A DNA stretch of 64,000 nucleotides, from the NCBI GenBank assembly GCA_035501175.1, contig DATJWQ010000054.1:70984-134983 (forward strand), read 5' to 3'. A program made the position numbers and the translations under genes. The notes under the pieces are model-generated. The model searched no databases. It was not told the origin of the DNA and worked only from the letters and a program-made list of their open reading frames with translations. The DNA comes from Verrucomicrobiia bacterium (lineage in GTDB: Bacteria; Verrucomicrobiota; Verrucomicrobiia; Palsa-1439). Shown piece by piece: positions 30,014 to 39,365 of the stretch. How positions within the stretch are numbered: the first letter of the stretch is position 1; each line of letters opens with the position of its first letter.

Positions 30014-30547
30014 TCAGCACCCGACTTGACGAATCTTTTCGAGGAGCCGCGTCGTGGAGAAGCCTTTGACGAACGGAAGGAGGCGAATCCGGCTGCCGGC
30101 CTCGGTCAGCACGGCTCGCTCGCTCGCGTCCAGGGTGTCGGGCCGATAGTCCCCGCCCTTGACGTAGACCGCAGGTTGAACGACGCTGAGGAATCGGATG
30201 GCGCGTTTCTCGGGAAAAATCACGACCGCGTCGACGCAGGCCAGCGCGGCCAGGACCGCGGCGCGTTGCCGCTGGGGGACGAGCGGTCGGCCGGGGCCCT
30301 TGAGTTGGCGCACGGAGCGATCGCCGTTGAGGCCGACGACGAGGAGATCGCCGAGCTTGCGGGCGCGTTGCAAGTAACTCACATGCCCGAAGTGGAGCAG
30401 GTCGAAGCAACCGTTGGTGGCCACGACACGCCGACCGCGGCGGCGCGCCGCTGCGGCCCAGCGTTGGGCTTCGCCCAAGGTTAACACTTTGCGGGAGGCG
30501 GATTTAAGCGTTGCTTTTGGGCTTGATTCCGTGTGACGCTTTGACAT
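30014..30547 (-). CDS. cytidylyltransferase-like, RfaE/HldE domain II (D-beta-D-heptose 1-phosphate adenylyltransferase-like)
   Basis: VVATNGCFDLLHFGHVSYL nucleotidyltransferase motif. Confidence 0.75.
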   Translation of the reverse strand: MSKRHTESSPKATLKSASRKVLTLGEAQRWAAAARRRGRRVVATNGCFDLLHFGHVSYLQRARKLGDLLVVGLNGDRSVRQLKGPGRPLVPQRQRAAVLAALACVDAVVIFPEKRAIRFLSVVQPAVYVKGGDYRPDTLDASERAVLTEAGSRIRLLPFVKGFSTTRLLEKIRQVGC

Positions 30548-30658
30548 GATGACCGCTGTGAGGATGGCTCACCCGAGGAAGAGGGGTCAAGTTTGATTTT
30601 GGGGCCCGGCGGCCGCAGTCGGGATCGGGATGGCGAGATGATCCTACTGTAGGAGGAT

Positions 30659-32176
30659 ATGCAAGCGCTTCATTTGATTGGAACGACAATCTATTTCGTG
30701 GTTCTGGTGTGCCTGTCGTGTTACGGCGTCCACCGGTTTTGGATGATCTTCCTCTACTTCCGCCACCGTCGGGAAGTGCCGAAACCAGCCGGTCAGTTCG
30801 CAGAACTGCCCCGGGTAACGGTCCAATTGCCCCTGTACAACGAAATGTATGTGGCGGAGAGGCTGCTGGAGGCAGTCGCCGCGCTTGATTATCCGCAGGA
30901 CAAGCTTGAAGTCCAGGTGCTTGACGATTCGACGGATGAGACCACGGAGATCGTGGCCCGGAAGACGGCGCAGTTGCGCAAGCGAGGCTTTGACGTGCAT
31001 CACATCCATCGTTCCGACCGCACGGGCTACAAAGCGGGCGCTCTCGAGAACGGGCTCCATCAGGCCACCGGCGAATACATTGCGATCTTCGACGCCGATT
31101 TTGTTCCCCAGCAGGATCTTCTTCAGAAGACAATCCAGTACTTCACTGACCCCAACATTGGCATGATCCAGACCCGTTGGGGGCATCTGAACGAGCAGTA
31201 TTCGTTGCTGACCAAGATTCAGTCGATGCTTCTGGATGGCCATTTCCTCATCGAGCAGACAGCCCGCGCGCGTTCGGGTCGGTTCTTCAATTTCAACGGC
31301 ACCGCCGGCATCTGGCGGCGCACCTGCATCCAGACCTCCGGCGGGTGGCAGCACGATACCCTGGCCGAAGATCTCGACCTGAGTTATCGCGCCCAGATCA
31401 ACGGCTGGCAGTTCCTGTTCTTGCCGGAAATTGTGACCCCCGCCGAATTGCCCGTGGAGATGAATGCCTTCAAGTCGCAACAACACCGCTGGGCCAAGGG
31501 CTCCATTCAGACCAGCAAGAAGGTTCTGCCGATGCTGTGGCGCAGCAACGCGTCGTTCAAGGTGAAGTTTGAAGGAACGGCCCATCTGACCAGCAACTAC
31601 GGTTATTTGCTGCTGCTGGTGCTGTGCCTGTGCCTGCATTCATCCGCTTCGGTGGACACGTATCAGGCCTCGGGCGGCAACCCGTGGACGAAGATGCTCC
31701 TGGTCGATCTGCCCCTGTTTATTGCCGGGTCGGTGTCGATCAGCGCGTTCTACTTCTGCGCGCAACGCGAACTGCACGCGCAATGGTGGAAGCGGTTGCT
31801 GTTCCTGCCCGTGCTGATGGCGGTCGGTGTCGGTCTCTCGGTCAATAATGCGCGCGCCGTCCTGGAGGCGATGTTCAATCACCGCAGCGAATTCATTCGC
31901 ACCCCGAAATACGGCGTATCGCATCGCGGCGAGTCCTGGAGACAAAACAAGTACCGGACCCTGCGGGGCCTGTTCCCGTTCATCGAGTTGGCGTTCGGGA
32001 TCTATTTTACGTTCGTTGTCATTCAGGCCGTCAACCGCAACCAGTGGACCTTTATTCCGTTTGTATTCATCTTCCAGGTCGGTTTTCTGTACGTCGGGCT
32101 CATGTCGCTGTTGCAAAGTTCCGTGCGCACGGCGCGACAGATCGATGGACCCGGTCTGGCTCCGGCCGGCGCCTGA
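30659..32176 (+). CDS. processive family-2 glycosyltransferase (CesA/CslA-like)
   Basis: N-terminal and C-terminal TM segments; DDSTD, FDADF and QQHRW (QxxRW) motifs. Confidence 0.75.
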   Translation: MQALHLIGTTIYFVVLVCLSCYGVHRFWMIFLYFRHRREVPKPAGQFAELPRVTVQLPLYNEMYVAERLLEAVAALDYPQDKLEVQVLDDSTDETTEIVARKTAQLRKRGFDVHHIHRSDRTGYKAGALENGLHQATGEYIAIFDADFVPQQDLLQKTIQYFTDPNIGMIQTRWGHLNEQYSLLTKIQSMLLDGHFLIEQTARARSGRFFNFNGTAGIWRRTCIQTSGGWQHDTLAEDLDLSYRAQINGWQFLFLPEIVTPAELPVEMNAFKSQQHRWAKGSIQTSKKVLPMLWRSNASFKVKFEGTAHLTSNYGYLLLLVLCLCLHSSASVDTYQASGGNPWTKMLLVDLPLFIAGSVSISAFYFCAQRELHAQWWKRLLFLPVLMAVGVGLSVNNARAVLEAMFNHRSEFIRTPKYGVSHRGESWRQNKYRTLRGLFPFIELAFGIYFTFVVIQAVNRNQWTFIPFVFIFQVGFLYVGLMSLLQSSVRTARQIDGPGLAPAGA

Positions 32177-32197
32177 TTCTGCCGCTGACGTGGGTTC

Positions 32198-32929
32198 ATG
32201 CCGATCTCACTTGCCCTCCAGTTGCACAGCCTGCGCCACGAGGCTGCCGCCGATCCGGAAGGCGTGATACGCCGCGTCCCGTCGATGGGATTCGACAGCG
32301 TCGAGATCGCTCAGACCTACGGCTGGTCAGCCGGACAATGGAAAGCAATGGTGACGGAGTTGAAGCTTCGCGTGGTCGGCGCCCATGTCCCGCTCGAGCA
32401 ACTGGAATCGGAATGGGAGAGACAAATCGAATTCCAGCGGGGGATTGGCAATTCACGCTTGGTCGTGCCGGCGCTCCCCCGTGATTTGCAGACGGTTGCC
32501 GGTTATCCGGAAGCAGCCGCGCGCCTGACCGTGTTGGGACTGCGGGCGATCTCCGAAGGATTCGCGTTGTTCTACCACAATCACGCCTGTGAATTCGCGC
32601 CGTTGGGCGGCGGACGCTGCGGTATGGACGTTTTGCTGGGCGAGACGCAGCCGAACGTACTAAGCCTCGAGGTGGATACGTACTGGGTGGAGCGCGGGGG
32701 AGTCAGCAGCCGCGAGTTCATCATGCGCAACGCCAATCGGGTCGGCATGCTCCATGCCAAGGAGTTCTGCCGCGATGGGCGCGATGTTCCCGCAGGGCAG
32801 GGCGACGTCGATTGGAAATCCATCATTCCACTGGCTCGGAGTCGCGGTTGGCCGATTGTCGTCGAATATGAAGCCGAGAATCCGTTCCCAGCCGTCGAGG
32901 CGAGCGCGCGATATTTGTCCACCCTCTGA
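32198..32929 (+). CDS. sugar phosphate isomerase/epimerase (xylose-isomerase-like TIM barrel)
   Basis: 243 aa, TIM-barrel sugar isomerase family signature. Confidence 0.65.
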   Translation: MPISLALQLHSLRHEAAADPEGVIRRVPSMGFDSVEIAQTYGWSAGQWKAMVTELKLRVVGAHVPLEQLESEWERQIEFQRGIGNSRLVVPALPRDLQTVAGYPEAAARLTVLGLRAISEGFALFYHNHACEFAPLGGGRCGMDVLLGETQPNVLSLEVDTYWVERGGVSSREFIMRNANRVGMLHAKEFCRDGRDVPAGQGDVDWKSIIPLARSRGWPIVVEYEAENPFPAVEASARYLSTL

Positions 32930-32992
32930 ATTGGGTGAGCGTGATTGTTTCCTTGCCATCGACGCGTGAAGCGGCAAGAATTCCCCAAGGAA

Positions 32993-33811
32993 ATGGAACC
33001 CCTCGGCATTATTGCGGGAAACGGGAGCTTTCCTCTGATTCTGGCGCGTTCGGCCCGGCAGCTTGGCGGCGGTCGGATCGTCGTGGCTGCGTTTGAGGGA
33101 GAAACCGATCCCGAAGTCGAACGGGCCGTTGACGAGGCGGAGTGGATCAAGCTCGGCCAACTGAACAAGCTCATCCATGTGTTCACGTCTCGCGGCGTGA
33201 AACGCGCGGTTATGGCGGGCGGTATCACTCCCTCAAATCTGTTCAAGAATCTGCGGCTCGATATTCGCATGACAACCGTCGCGCTCCGCCTCAAGACGCG
33301 CAATGCCGAGACCATTTTCGGCGCGATCGCGTCGGAAATGGCGAAGGATGGCGTCGAACTCGTCGATCCGCGTCCATTCCTCGGCGAGTCGGTGCCGCCA
33401 GCCGGCCCGCTGACGCGCTCGAAGCCCGACAAAGAGCAGCGGGAAGACATCGAGTTGGGGTTGAGGATGGCGAAAGCGGTTAGTGCTCTCGATATCGGGC
33501 AAACGGTGGTCGTGAAGAAGGGCACGGTCCTCGCCGTGGAGGGATTTGAGGGGACGGATGAATGTATCCGCCGCGGTGGATTGTTGGCCGGCGACAAGGG
33601 CGGCGCGGTGGTCGTCAAAGTCAGCAAACCGAACCAGGATTTCCGATTCGATATTCCCTGCGTCGGCGAGAAGACGATTGAATCCTGCCGGGCCGGGCGC
33701 GTGTCGGTCCTGGCCATCGAAGCCGGCCGCAGTTTGCTGCTGGACAAGGACACGGTTCTGCAAAAAGCCAATGAAGCGGATGTTTGTCTGATCGCGGTGT
33801 CTTCCGAATGA
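32993..33811 (+). CDS. lpxI: UDP-2,3-diacylglucosamine hydrolase LpxI (DUF1009)
   Basis: N-terminal GIIAGNGSFP and C-terminal GQTVVVKKGTVLAVEGFEGTDECIRRGG blocks typical of LpxI; ATG 32993. Confidence 0.7.
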   Translation: MEPLGIIAGNGSFPLILARSARQLGGGRIVVAAFEGETDPEVERAVDEAEWIKLGQLNKLIHVFTSRGVKRAVMAGGITPSNLFKNLRLDIRMTTVALRLKTRNAETIFGAIASEMAKDGVELVDPRPFLGESVPPAGPLTRSKPDKEQREDIELGLRMAKAVSALDIGQTVVVKKGTVLAVEGFEGTDECIRRGGLLAGDKGGAVVVKVSKPNQDFRFDIPCVGEKTIESCRAGRVSVLAIEAGRSLLLDKDTVLQKANEADVCLIAVSSE

Positions 33812-34833
33812 GTGATATCCTAAAAGTCGGCGTTGTCGGCGTCGGGCATCTCGGGTCGCAGCACGCCCGATTGTATTCCGAATTGGCCAAACGCTCCAAC
33901 GGCCAAACCTCGTTTGTGGGTGTGTGCGACACGGACAGCATCCGCGTGCGCGCCCTCGCGGAAAAGGTCGGCGGGGGGACATTCGAGAGCGCAACGGAAC
34001 TTGCCGGGTTTGTCGATGCGGTGAGCGTGGCAACGCCGACCGAGACGCATTACAAGGTGGCCCGCGTCTTTCTCGAGCGCGGCAAGCATGTGCTCGTCGA
34101 AAAGCCGATCACCGACAGCCTGCGCGAGGCCGAAGAACTCGTCGCCTTGGCGCGCAAAAACAAATGCGTGCTGCAGGTCGGCCATGTCGAACGATTCAAT
34201 CCCGTCATGCGTTATCTGAACGAGGTGCTGCAGGAGGCGCGGTTTATCGAAGTCCACCGTCTATCGCCGTTCCCGGGACGGTCGACGGATATCGGCGTCG
34301 TTCTGGACCTGATGATTCACGATCTCGATGTGGTCCTGTCGCTCGTACGTTCACCCCTGGAAGCTGTGGATGCGGTCGGCATCCCCGTGTTGAGCGGGAG
34401 CGAGGACATCGCCAATGCGCGGCTGAAATTCGCCAACGGCTGCGTGGCCAATATCACCGCCAGCCGGGTTTCGGCCGAGAAAATGCGGAAACTACGCATC
34501 TTCGGTCGCACCGACCACGGCGCCGCCTACATCTCCCTCGATTACATGAAACAGGAGGGCGAGATCTACCGCGTCGCCTCCGAGGACGCGCAGGAGTCCG
34601 GCTTGCTCAAGAAGTTGCTGGCCGGGCGACATGCCAGCATCGTCAGCGAGTTTGCCGGCCGGAAAATCGTCCGCGAACCGGTGCCCATCGAGCGGGATGA
34701 ACCTCTCAAGCTCGAGTTGCAACATTTCATCGAGTCAGTCCGTCTCCACCATGATCCGCTGGTCACCGGCGAGGCCGCCAAGCAGGCCCTCGAACTCGCG
34801 ATGGAAATCACGTCCCAGGTCCGCACGTCGTGA
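33808..34833 (+). CDS. Gfo/Idh/MocA family NAD(P)-dependent oxidoreductase
   Basis: LKVGVVGVGHLGSQHA Rossmann motif; ATG overlaps the lpxI stop. Confidence 0.8.
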   Translation: MSDILKVGVVGVGHLGSQHARLYSELAKRSNGQTSFVGVCDTDSIRVRALAEKVGGGTFESATELAGFVDAVSVATPTETHYKVARVFLERGKHVLVEKPITDSLREAEELVALARKNKCVLQVGHVERFNPVMRYLNEVLQEARFIEVHRLSPFPGRSTDIGVVLDLMIHDLDVVLSLVRSPLEAVDAVGIPVLSGSEDIANARLKFANGCVANITASRVSAEKMRKLRIFGRTDHGAAYISLDYMKQEGEIYRVASEDAQESGLLKKLLAGRHASIVSEFAGRKIVREPVPIERDEPLKLELQHFIESVRLHHDPLVTGEAAKQALELAMEITSQVRTS

Positions 34834-35921
34834 CGCGCTCGATCATGTTTATCGCGGGGGAAGCGTCGGGGGACGCGCACGCCGCCGAAGTAATCCAGGC
34901 TCTGCGTGTTCAGGCGCCGGAAACGCAGGTCTTCGGAGCCGGCGGGCCGAAGATGAAAGCGGCGGGGATGGAATTGTCTCTCGACCTCACCCAGCACGCT
35001 GTTGTCGGCTTGGTGGAAGTGCTCAAGAATTACCTCAAATTCCGCCGCATCTTTTGGGAGCTCGTGCGGGAGGCCGAGAAACGCAAGCCGGATGCCGTCG
35101 TGCTGGTGGATTTCCCCGGGTTCAATCTTCGCTTCGCCGCGCAGATGAAGAAGCGCGGGATCAGGGTCATCTATTACATCTCGCCGCAGTTGTGGGCCTG
35201 GCACGCGAGCCGGGCAAAACAGATCGAGCGCGACGTGGATTTGATGCTCACGATCTTTCCCTTCGAGAAGGACTGGTACGCCAACCACGCGCCGCGATTG
35301 CGGGTCGAATTTGTCGGACATCCGTTCGCGGAAAGGGTCAGCCGCGAAGACAAGGGAATTAAGCGCGATGAGAACCTGGTCCTTCTCCTGCCCGGCAGCC
35401 GCGAGCGCGAGGTCGCCAAGATTTGGCCCATCATGCGGCAGGTCATCGACCAGATGCCGCCCGAAACGAAATTCGTTGCGGCAGCGGTGAACGAACAGAT
35501 GGCCGCGATGATCAGGCACCCGCGTGTCCTGGTGGAAATCGGCAAGGCCCACGACGGGATGCAGCGCGCAACCTTGGCAATCACGGCCAGCGGCACCGCC
35601 ACGATGGAATGCGCCTTCTACGGTTGCCCGATGATCGTCGTCTATAAAGTGAACTGGTTGACCTATCTGGTCGGACGCATGGTCGTGACCGTGAATTGGC
35701 TCGCCATGCCCAACGTGATTGCCGGCCGCGCGATTATCCCCGAATTCATCCAGCAGGACGCCAAATCTGACCGCATAGCCTCCCTGGCGCAGGAACTGTT
35801 GGCAAATGCAACAAAGCGCGAAGCCATGTGCCAGGAACTGGCAGCAGTTGTTCAGACGCTCGGCGGCACCGGTGCCAGCGAACACGCGGCGAAGGCTGTT
35901 CTTTCGGCAATTGAGCGCTGA
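34830..35921 (+). CDS. lpxB: lipid-A-disaccharide synthase
   Basis: IAGEASGD N-terminus and LpxB family core; GTG 34830 overlaps the upstream stop. Confidence 0.85.
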   Translation: MTRSIMFIAGEASGDAHAAEVIQALRVQAPETQVFGAGGPKMKAAGMELSLDLTQHAVVGLVEVLKNYLKFRRIFWELVREAEKRKPDAVVLVDFPGFNLRFAAQMKKRGIRVIYYISPQLWAWHASRAKQIERDVDLMLTIFPFEKDWYANHAPRLRVEFVGHPFAERVSREDKGIKRDENLVLLLPGSREREVAKIWPIMRQVIDQMPPETKFVAAAVNEQMAAMIRHPRVLVEIGKAHDGMQRATLAITASGTATMECAFYGCPMIVVYKVNWLTYLVGRMVVTVNWLAMPNVIAGRAIIPEFIQQDAKSDRIASLAQELLANATKREAMCQELAAVVQTLGGTGASEHAAKAVLSAIER

Positions 35922-35941
35922 TCGGCCCAATCGATTGGCGG

Positions 35942-36841
35942 TTAGCTCTTCCGCGTCAGAAAGAAATCGGCGATGGCGTGGAGCGGAGTGGCTTTGTTTC
36001 CGAATGGCTTCAGTTGCTTGTGCGCGTCGGCGATGAGAGCCGCGGCGTACTGGCGTGACTTGTCGAGCCCGAGGATGACGGGAAAGGTGGATTTGTGATT
36101 CTTGGCGTCGGCACCCACGCTTTTGCCCATGACCTCTTTTGTGCTCGTGGCGTCGAGAATGTCGTCGATGACCTGAAACGCGAGGCCCAGATCCTGTCCG
36201 TAACGCGTGAGACGTTTAAGTTCCGTGGGGCTGGCATTTCCGGCCATGGCACCAAGCCGAATCGATGTGGTGATCAGCGCCGCCGTCTTGTTAAGGTGCG
36301 TGGTCTTGACTTCATCCAGGTTGGCTCGTCGATCTTCGTTTTCGAGATCCTGCACCTGCCCGGCGATCAGACGGAGACTGCCGGCGGCGAAGGCAAGGTC
36401 GCTGGTCAATGCCTCCATCGGATAGCGTTTGGGCGGTTTCGCTTTGGCGACCATGGCAAATGCCTCGGTCAATAACGCGTCGCCCGCAAGCACCGCGATA
36501 CCTTCGCCGAACACCTTGTGGTTGGTCGGTTTCCCGCGCCGCAAATCGTCGTCGTCCATGCACGGCAAATCATCATGAATCAGCGAGTACGTGTGAATGC
36601 ACTCGACGGCGCAGGCCAGCGGCATGGCGCTGACGCGTTTCCCGCCTACGGCTTCACACCCAGCGAGACACAGGACCGGTCGGATGCGTTTGCCGCCCGC
36701 AAAAACAGAATAGCGCATCGCCTTGTGGATCGTTGGTGGGGCGGTGGTGTCGGGTGGCAAAAGCTTGTTGAGCGCGGCGTCAACTTCCACACACCGATCA
36801 TCCAGGTACTTCTTCAAATCAAATGTTGCAGGGGATTTCAA
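35942..36841 (-). CDS. polyprenyl diphosphate synthase (FPP/GGPP synthase)
   Basis: first DDxxD (LIHDDLPCMDDDDLRRG) and second DDILD motifs. Confidence 0.85.
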   Translation of the reverse strand: MKSPATFDLKKYLDDRCVEVDAALNKLLPPDTTAPPTIHKAMRYSVFAGGKRIRPVLCLAGCEAVGGKRVSAMPLACAVECIHTYSLIHDDLPCMDDDDLRRGKPTNHKVFGEGIAVLAGDALLTEAFAMVAKAKPPKRYPMEALTSDLAFAAGSLRLIAGQVQDLENEDRRANLDEVKTTHLNKTAALITTSIRLGAMAGNASPTELKRLTRYGQDLGLAFQVIDDILDATSTKEVMGKSVGADAKNHKSTFPVILGLDKSRQYAAALIADAHKQLKPFGNKATPLHAIADFFLTRKS

Positions 36842-36983
36842 TCGCGCTCCTCGGTTCGAGGGCGTATGGTACGGAGCCGACGCGTTTTTTCAAGCGAAAG
36901 TTTGAATTGCCGTCATTGTATGAGGAGGTGGAATTCGAGGTTGACTTGGTGTATGAAAGTACTCAATAAACTGTGTTTCTTCT

Positions 36984-37280
36984 ATGCCGACTTACGAGTA
37001 CGAATGTCAGAAATGCGGGCATCGCTTTGAGTTGTTTCAGTCGATCAAGGATGCGCCGAAGAGGACCTGTCCAAAGTGCCGCGGACGTGTGAAGCGGTTG
37101 CTCGGTACGGGAGCCGGGGTGATCTTCAAAGGCTCGGGGTTTTATAGCACGGACTATCGAAAACCAGGCTACTCCGAGGCGGCGAAGAAAGAGAGCGGTG
37201 CGACCACGGGCACTCCGGCTGCTTCCAAAACGGAGGCCGCAAAGTCGGGCGACGCCAAGAAGCCGCCCAAAAAGGATTAG
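36984..37280 (+). CDS. FmdB-family zinc-ribbon protein
   Basis: MPTYEYECQKCGHRFE...CPKCRG paired CxxC motifs; Lys/Ala-rich tail. Confidence 0.75.
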   Translation: MPTYEYECQKCGHRFELFQSIKDAPKRTCPKCRGRVKRLLGTGAGVIFKGSGFYSTDYRKPGYSEAAKKESGATTGTPAASKTEAAKSGDAKKPPKKD

Positions 37281-37282
37281 CC

Positions 37283-38020
37283 ATGATTGTGTGTTCGAAG
37301 TGCGGGTACGACAATGAATTGGGACGGATCTTTTGCCACTCCTGTGGCGCAAAACTGGACCTGACGGAAATCAAAGCGCCAAGCCAGGGTGGAAAGCCGC
37401 TGACGAAGAAGGCCAAAGGCGGAGCCGGGAAACTGTTTTCTCGAGTCATCTCGGTTGCAATCATCGCCTTCCTTGTTGTCCTGGTCTTTCTCGCTCTCCA
37501 GGTGCCCAGCGTTCGTCCGATCAGCACATCGAGCGACGATTTAAACCTGTCCGATCAGAAACGCGCCGCGTTGGACAATGTCCTCGCGCTGAAAAAACCG
37601 GCGACCGTTTCCGTCACCGAGGGCGAGTTGAATTCGTTCATCCAAACTCTCGGCTTCCAGGGCGGTACGCCGGGCACGTTGGAACTCGTTCCGACCAAGC
37701 TCCAGGTCGAGTTGGGCAATGGAGTGGTCAGACTGGTGCTCTTGGGAAGGCTGCACATTGCCGGCTCCATCGAGAAGGAAATGTACCTGAGCTATACCGG
37801 CGTGCCAACGATTGAGGGCAGCGAGTTTGTTTTCAAGCCCACGGCGGGCGCGCTGGGGGGACTGCCGATAAGCCCGTGGTTCCTCGAGAAGACCGGGTTG
37901 TATGACCATTACTTTGCCAGGCTGTTTGCCCGCCAGGATCAGGAGAAACGAATCCTCAACTCCCTGTCTTCGATCAACGTCACGCCACAATCCGTGGATC
38001 TGATTTACCAACCGCACTAG
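37283..38020 (+). CDS. zinc-ribbon membrane protein, hypothetical
   Basis: N-terminal CSKCGYDN...CHSCGAK zinc ribbon, one TM (VISVAIIAFLVVLVFLAL), extracytoplasmic domain; start 3 nt after the FmdB stop. Confidence 0.6.
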   Translation: MIVCSKCGYDNELGRIFCHSCGAKLDLTEIKAPSQGGKPLTKKAKGGAGKLFSRVISVAIIAFLVVLVFLALQVPSVRPISTSSDDLNLSDQKRAALDNVLALKKPATVSVTEGELNSFIQTLGFQGGTPGTLELVPTKLQVELGNGVVRLVLLGRLHIAGSIEKEMYLSYTGVPTIEGSEFVFKPTAGALGGLPISPWFLEKTGLYDHYFARLFARQDQEKRILNSLSSINVTPQSVDLIYQPH

Positions 38021-38030
38021 GTCCGCGCGG

Positions 38031-39365
38031 ATGCTCATGAATGCGCGATGGTCAAGCGCGTGGTTGTCTGTCGTGATCGTCGGGCTATGCCGGTCCGGGA
38101 TGGCGGCAGCGCCGTCGCCGACGAACACGCTGGTCACCACCGTTAGCGCTTCCCGCCAATTCGTTGCCTGCGCTCACAATCGTCTTGTGCCGTCCGCCCT
38201 GTGCGCCTACGCCGAGCGCATCAAACGCGAATGGCTCCGGCGTATCGACTCGGTCGATAATTGGCGGGATCCGATCATGTTGCTCGTGGAAACGCGGCAA
38301 TCTCAGCAGGCCGGCGCGCCGGCGGTCTCGATTGGCGTGTTCCAGACGGACGCGCATCTTGAATACCGAATCCGTTGCCTCGTGCCGCCGACGATTGATG
38401 AGGAGGAATTGTCCCCGGCGATTCTGGATGCATTATGCTCGGAGTGGGCGAGCCGGAACCAGGCTACCGATCCGGCCAAGCCATACACGGCACCGCAGAT
38501 TCCGTTATGGCTGGTGGAAGGCATGGCGTCGTCGTTTCGGCGTGATGATGGGACTCTGCTGGCCGTCTCCAGGCGGTCTGTAATCGGTGGACAGCCGCGG
38601 CCCGTCAGGGATGTGATGGCGATCGAGGCCGTCCCTGCCGATGTCATTGATCGACAATTATTCCGGGCAAACGCATGGGTGCTCACCGAAGGTCTCTTGC
38701 GGCTGAAAAATGGACCCGCCAAACTGCGACATTTCCTGTCGGACCTTGGCGAAGAAAAAGTTGCGAGCAATGCGTTCTGGACAGTCTACCGCGGCGATTT
38801 TCCGAACGCCGTGGCCCTGGAAAAGTGGTGGAGCCTGGAGCTTGTCGCTCGCACCTCGGAAAGCCTTGCGCAAGATTTGTCGACGGAAGATACGCGGCGT
38901 AAACTCGATGCCATCCTTGTAACCAGGCTCGGCCCGGCGGGTGGACGCCGGGGAATGCCGGGTGAGATCAGCGTCGGCATCGCTGACTTGTGGCGATATG
39001 AGGACTCTCCGTGGCTGGGAGATTTGTTGAAGATCAAGATCGACCGGATCGGCGCGCTACGCGGCGTGGCACACCCGTTGTATCTGCCCGCGTTGGACGA
39101 ATACATGGAGGCGTTGGTCTGGTTGCAGCGGGACAACATCACCCGCTTTCACCGCAGTCTGAATCGCGCCGACAACATGCGGGCTCGCGCGGACAGAGAG
39201 TCGCAAGGGATCACAGCCTTTCTCGACCAGGCCGAGCGGGTGTATGAACCGCAAGTGTTCTCAAACTTCTTTACGGGCTACTTTCAAACATTTGATCAGT
39301 TTCAGGCGCTCCAAAGCGAGCGACACAGCCCGATTAGTGACTATCTCGACAAGTTCGATCACTGA
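38031..39365 (+). CDS. hypothetical exported protein
   Basis: 444 aa with signal peptide; third gene of a same-strand trio. Confidence 0.55.
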   Translation: MLMNARWSSAWLSVVIVGLCRSGMAAAPSPTNTLVTTVSASRQFVACAHNRLVPSALCAYAERIKREWLRRIDSVDNWRDPIMLLVETRQSQQAGAPAVSIGVFQTDAHLEYRIRCLVPPTIDEEELSPAILDALCSEWASRNQATDPAKPYTAPQIPLWLVEGMASSFRRDDGTLLAVSRRSVIGGQPRPVRDVMAIEAVPADVIDRQLFRANAWVLTEGLLRLKNGPAKLRHFLSDLGEEKVASNAFWTVYRGDFPNAVALEKWWSLELVARTSESLAQDLSTEDTRRKLDAILVTRLGPAGGRRGMPGEISVGIADLWRYEDSPWLGDLLKIKIDRIGALRGVAHPLYLPALDEYMEALVWLQRDNITRFHRSLNRADNMRARADRESQGITAFLDQAERVYEPQVFSNFFTGYFQTFDQFQALQSERHSPISDYLDKFDH

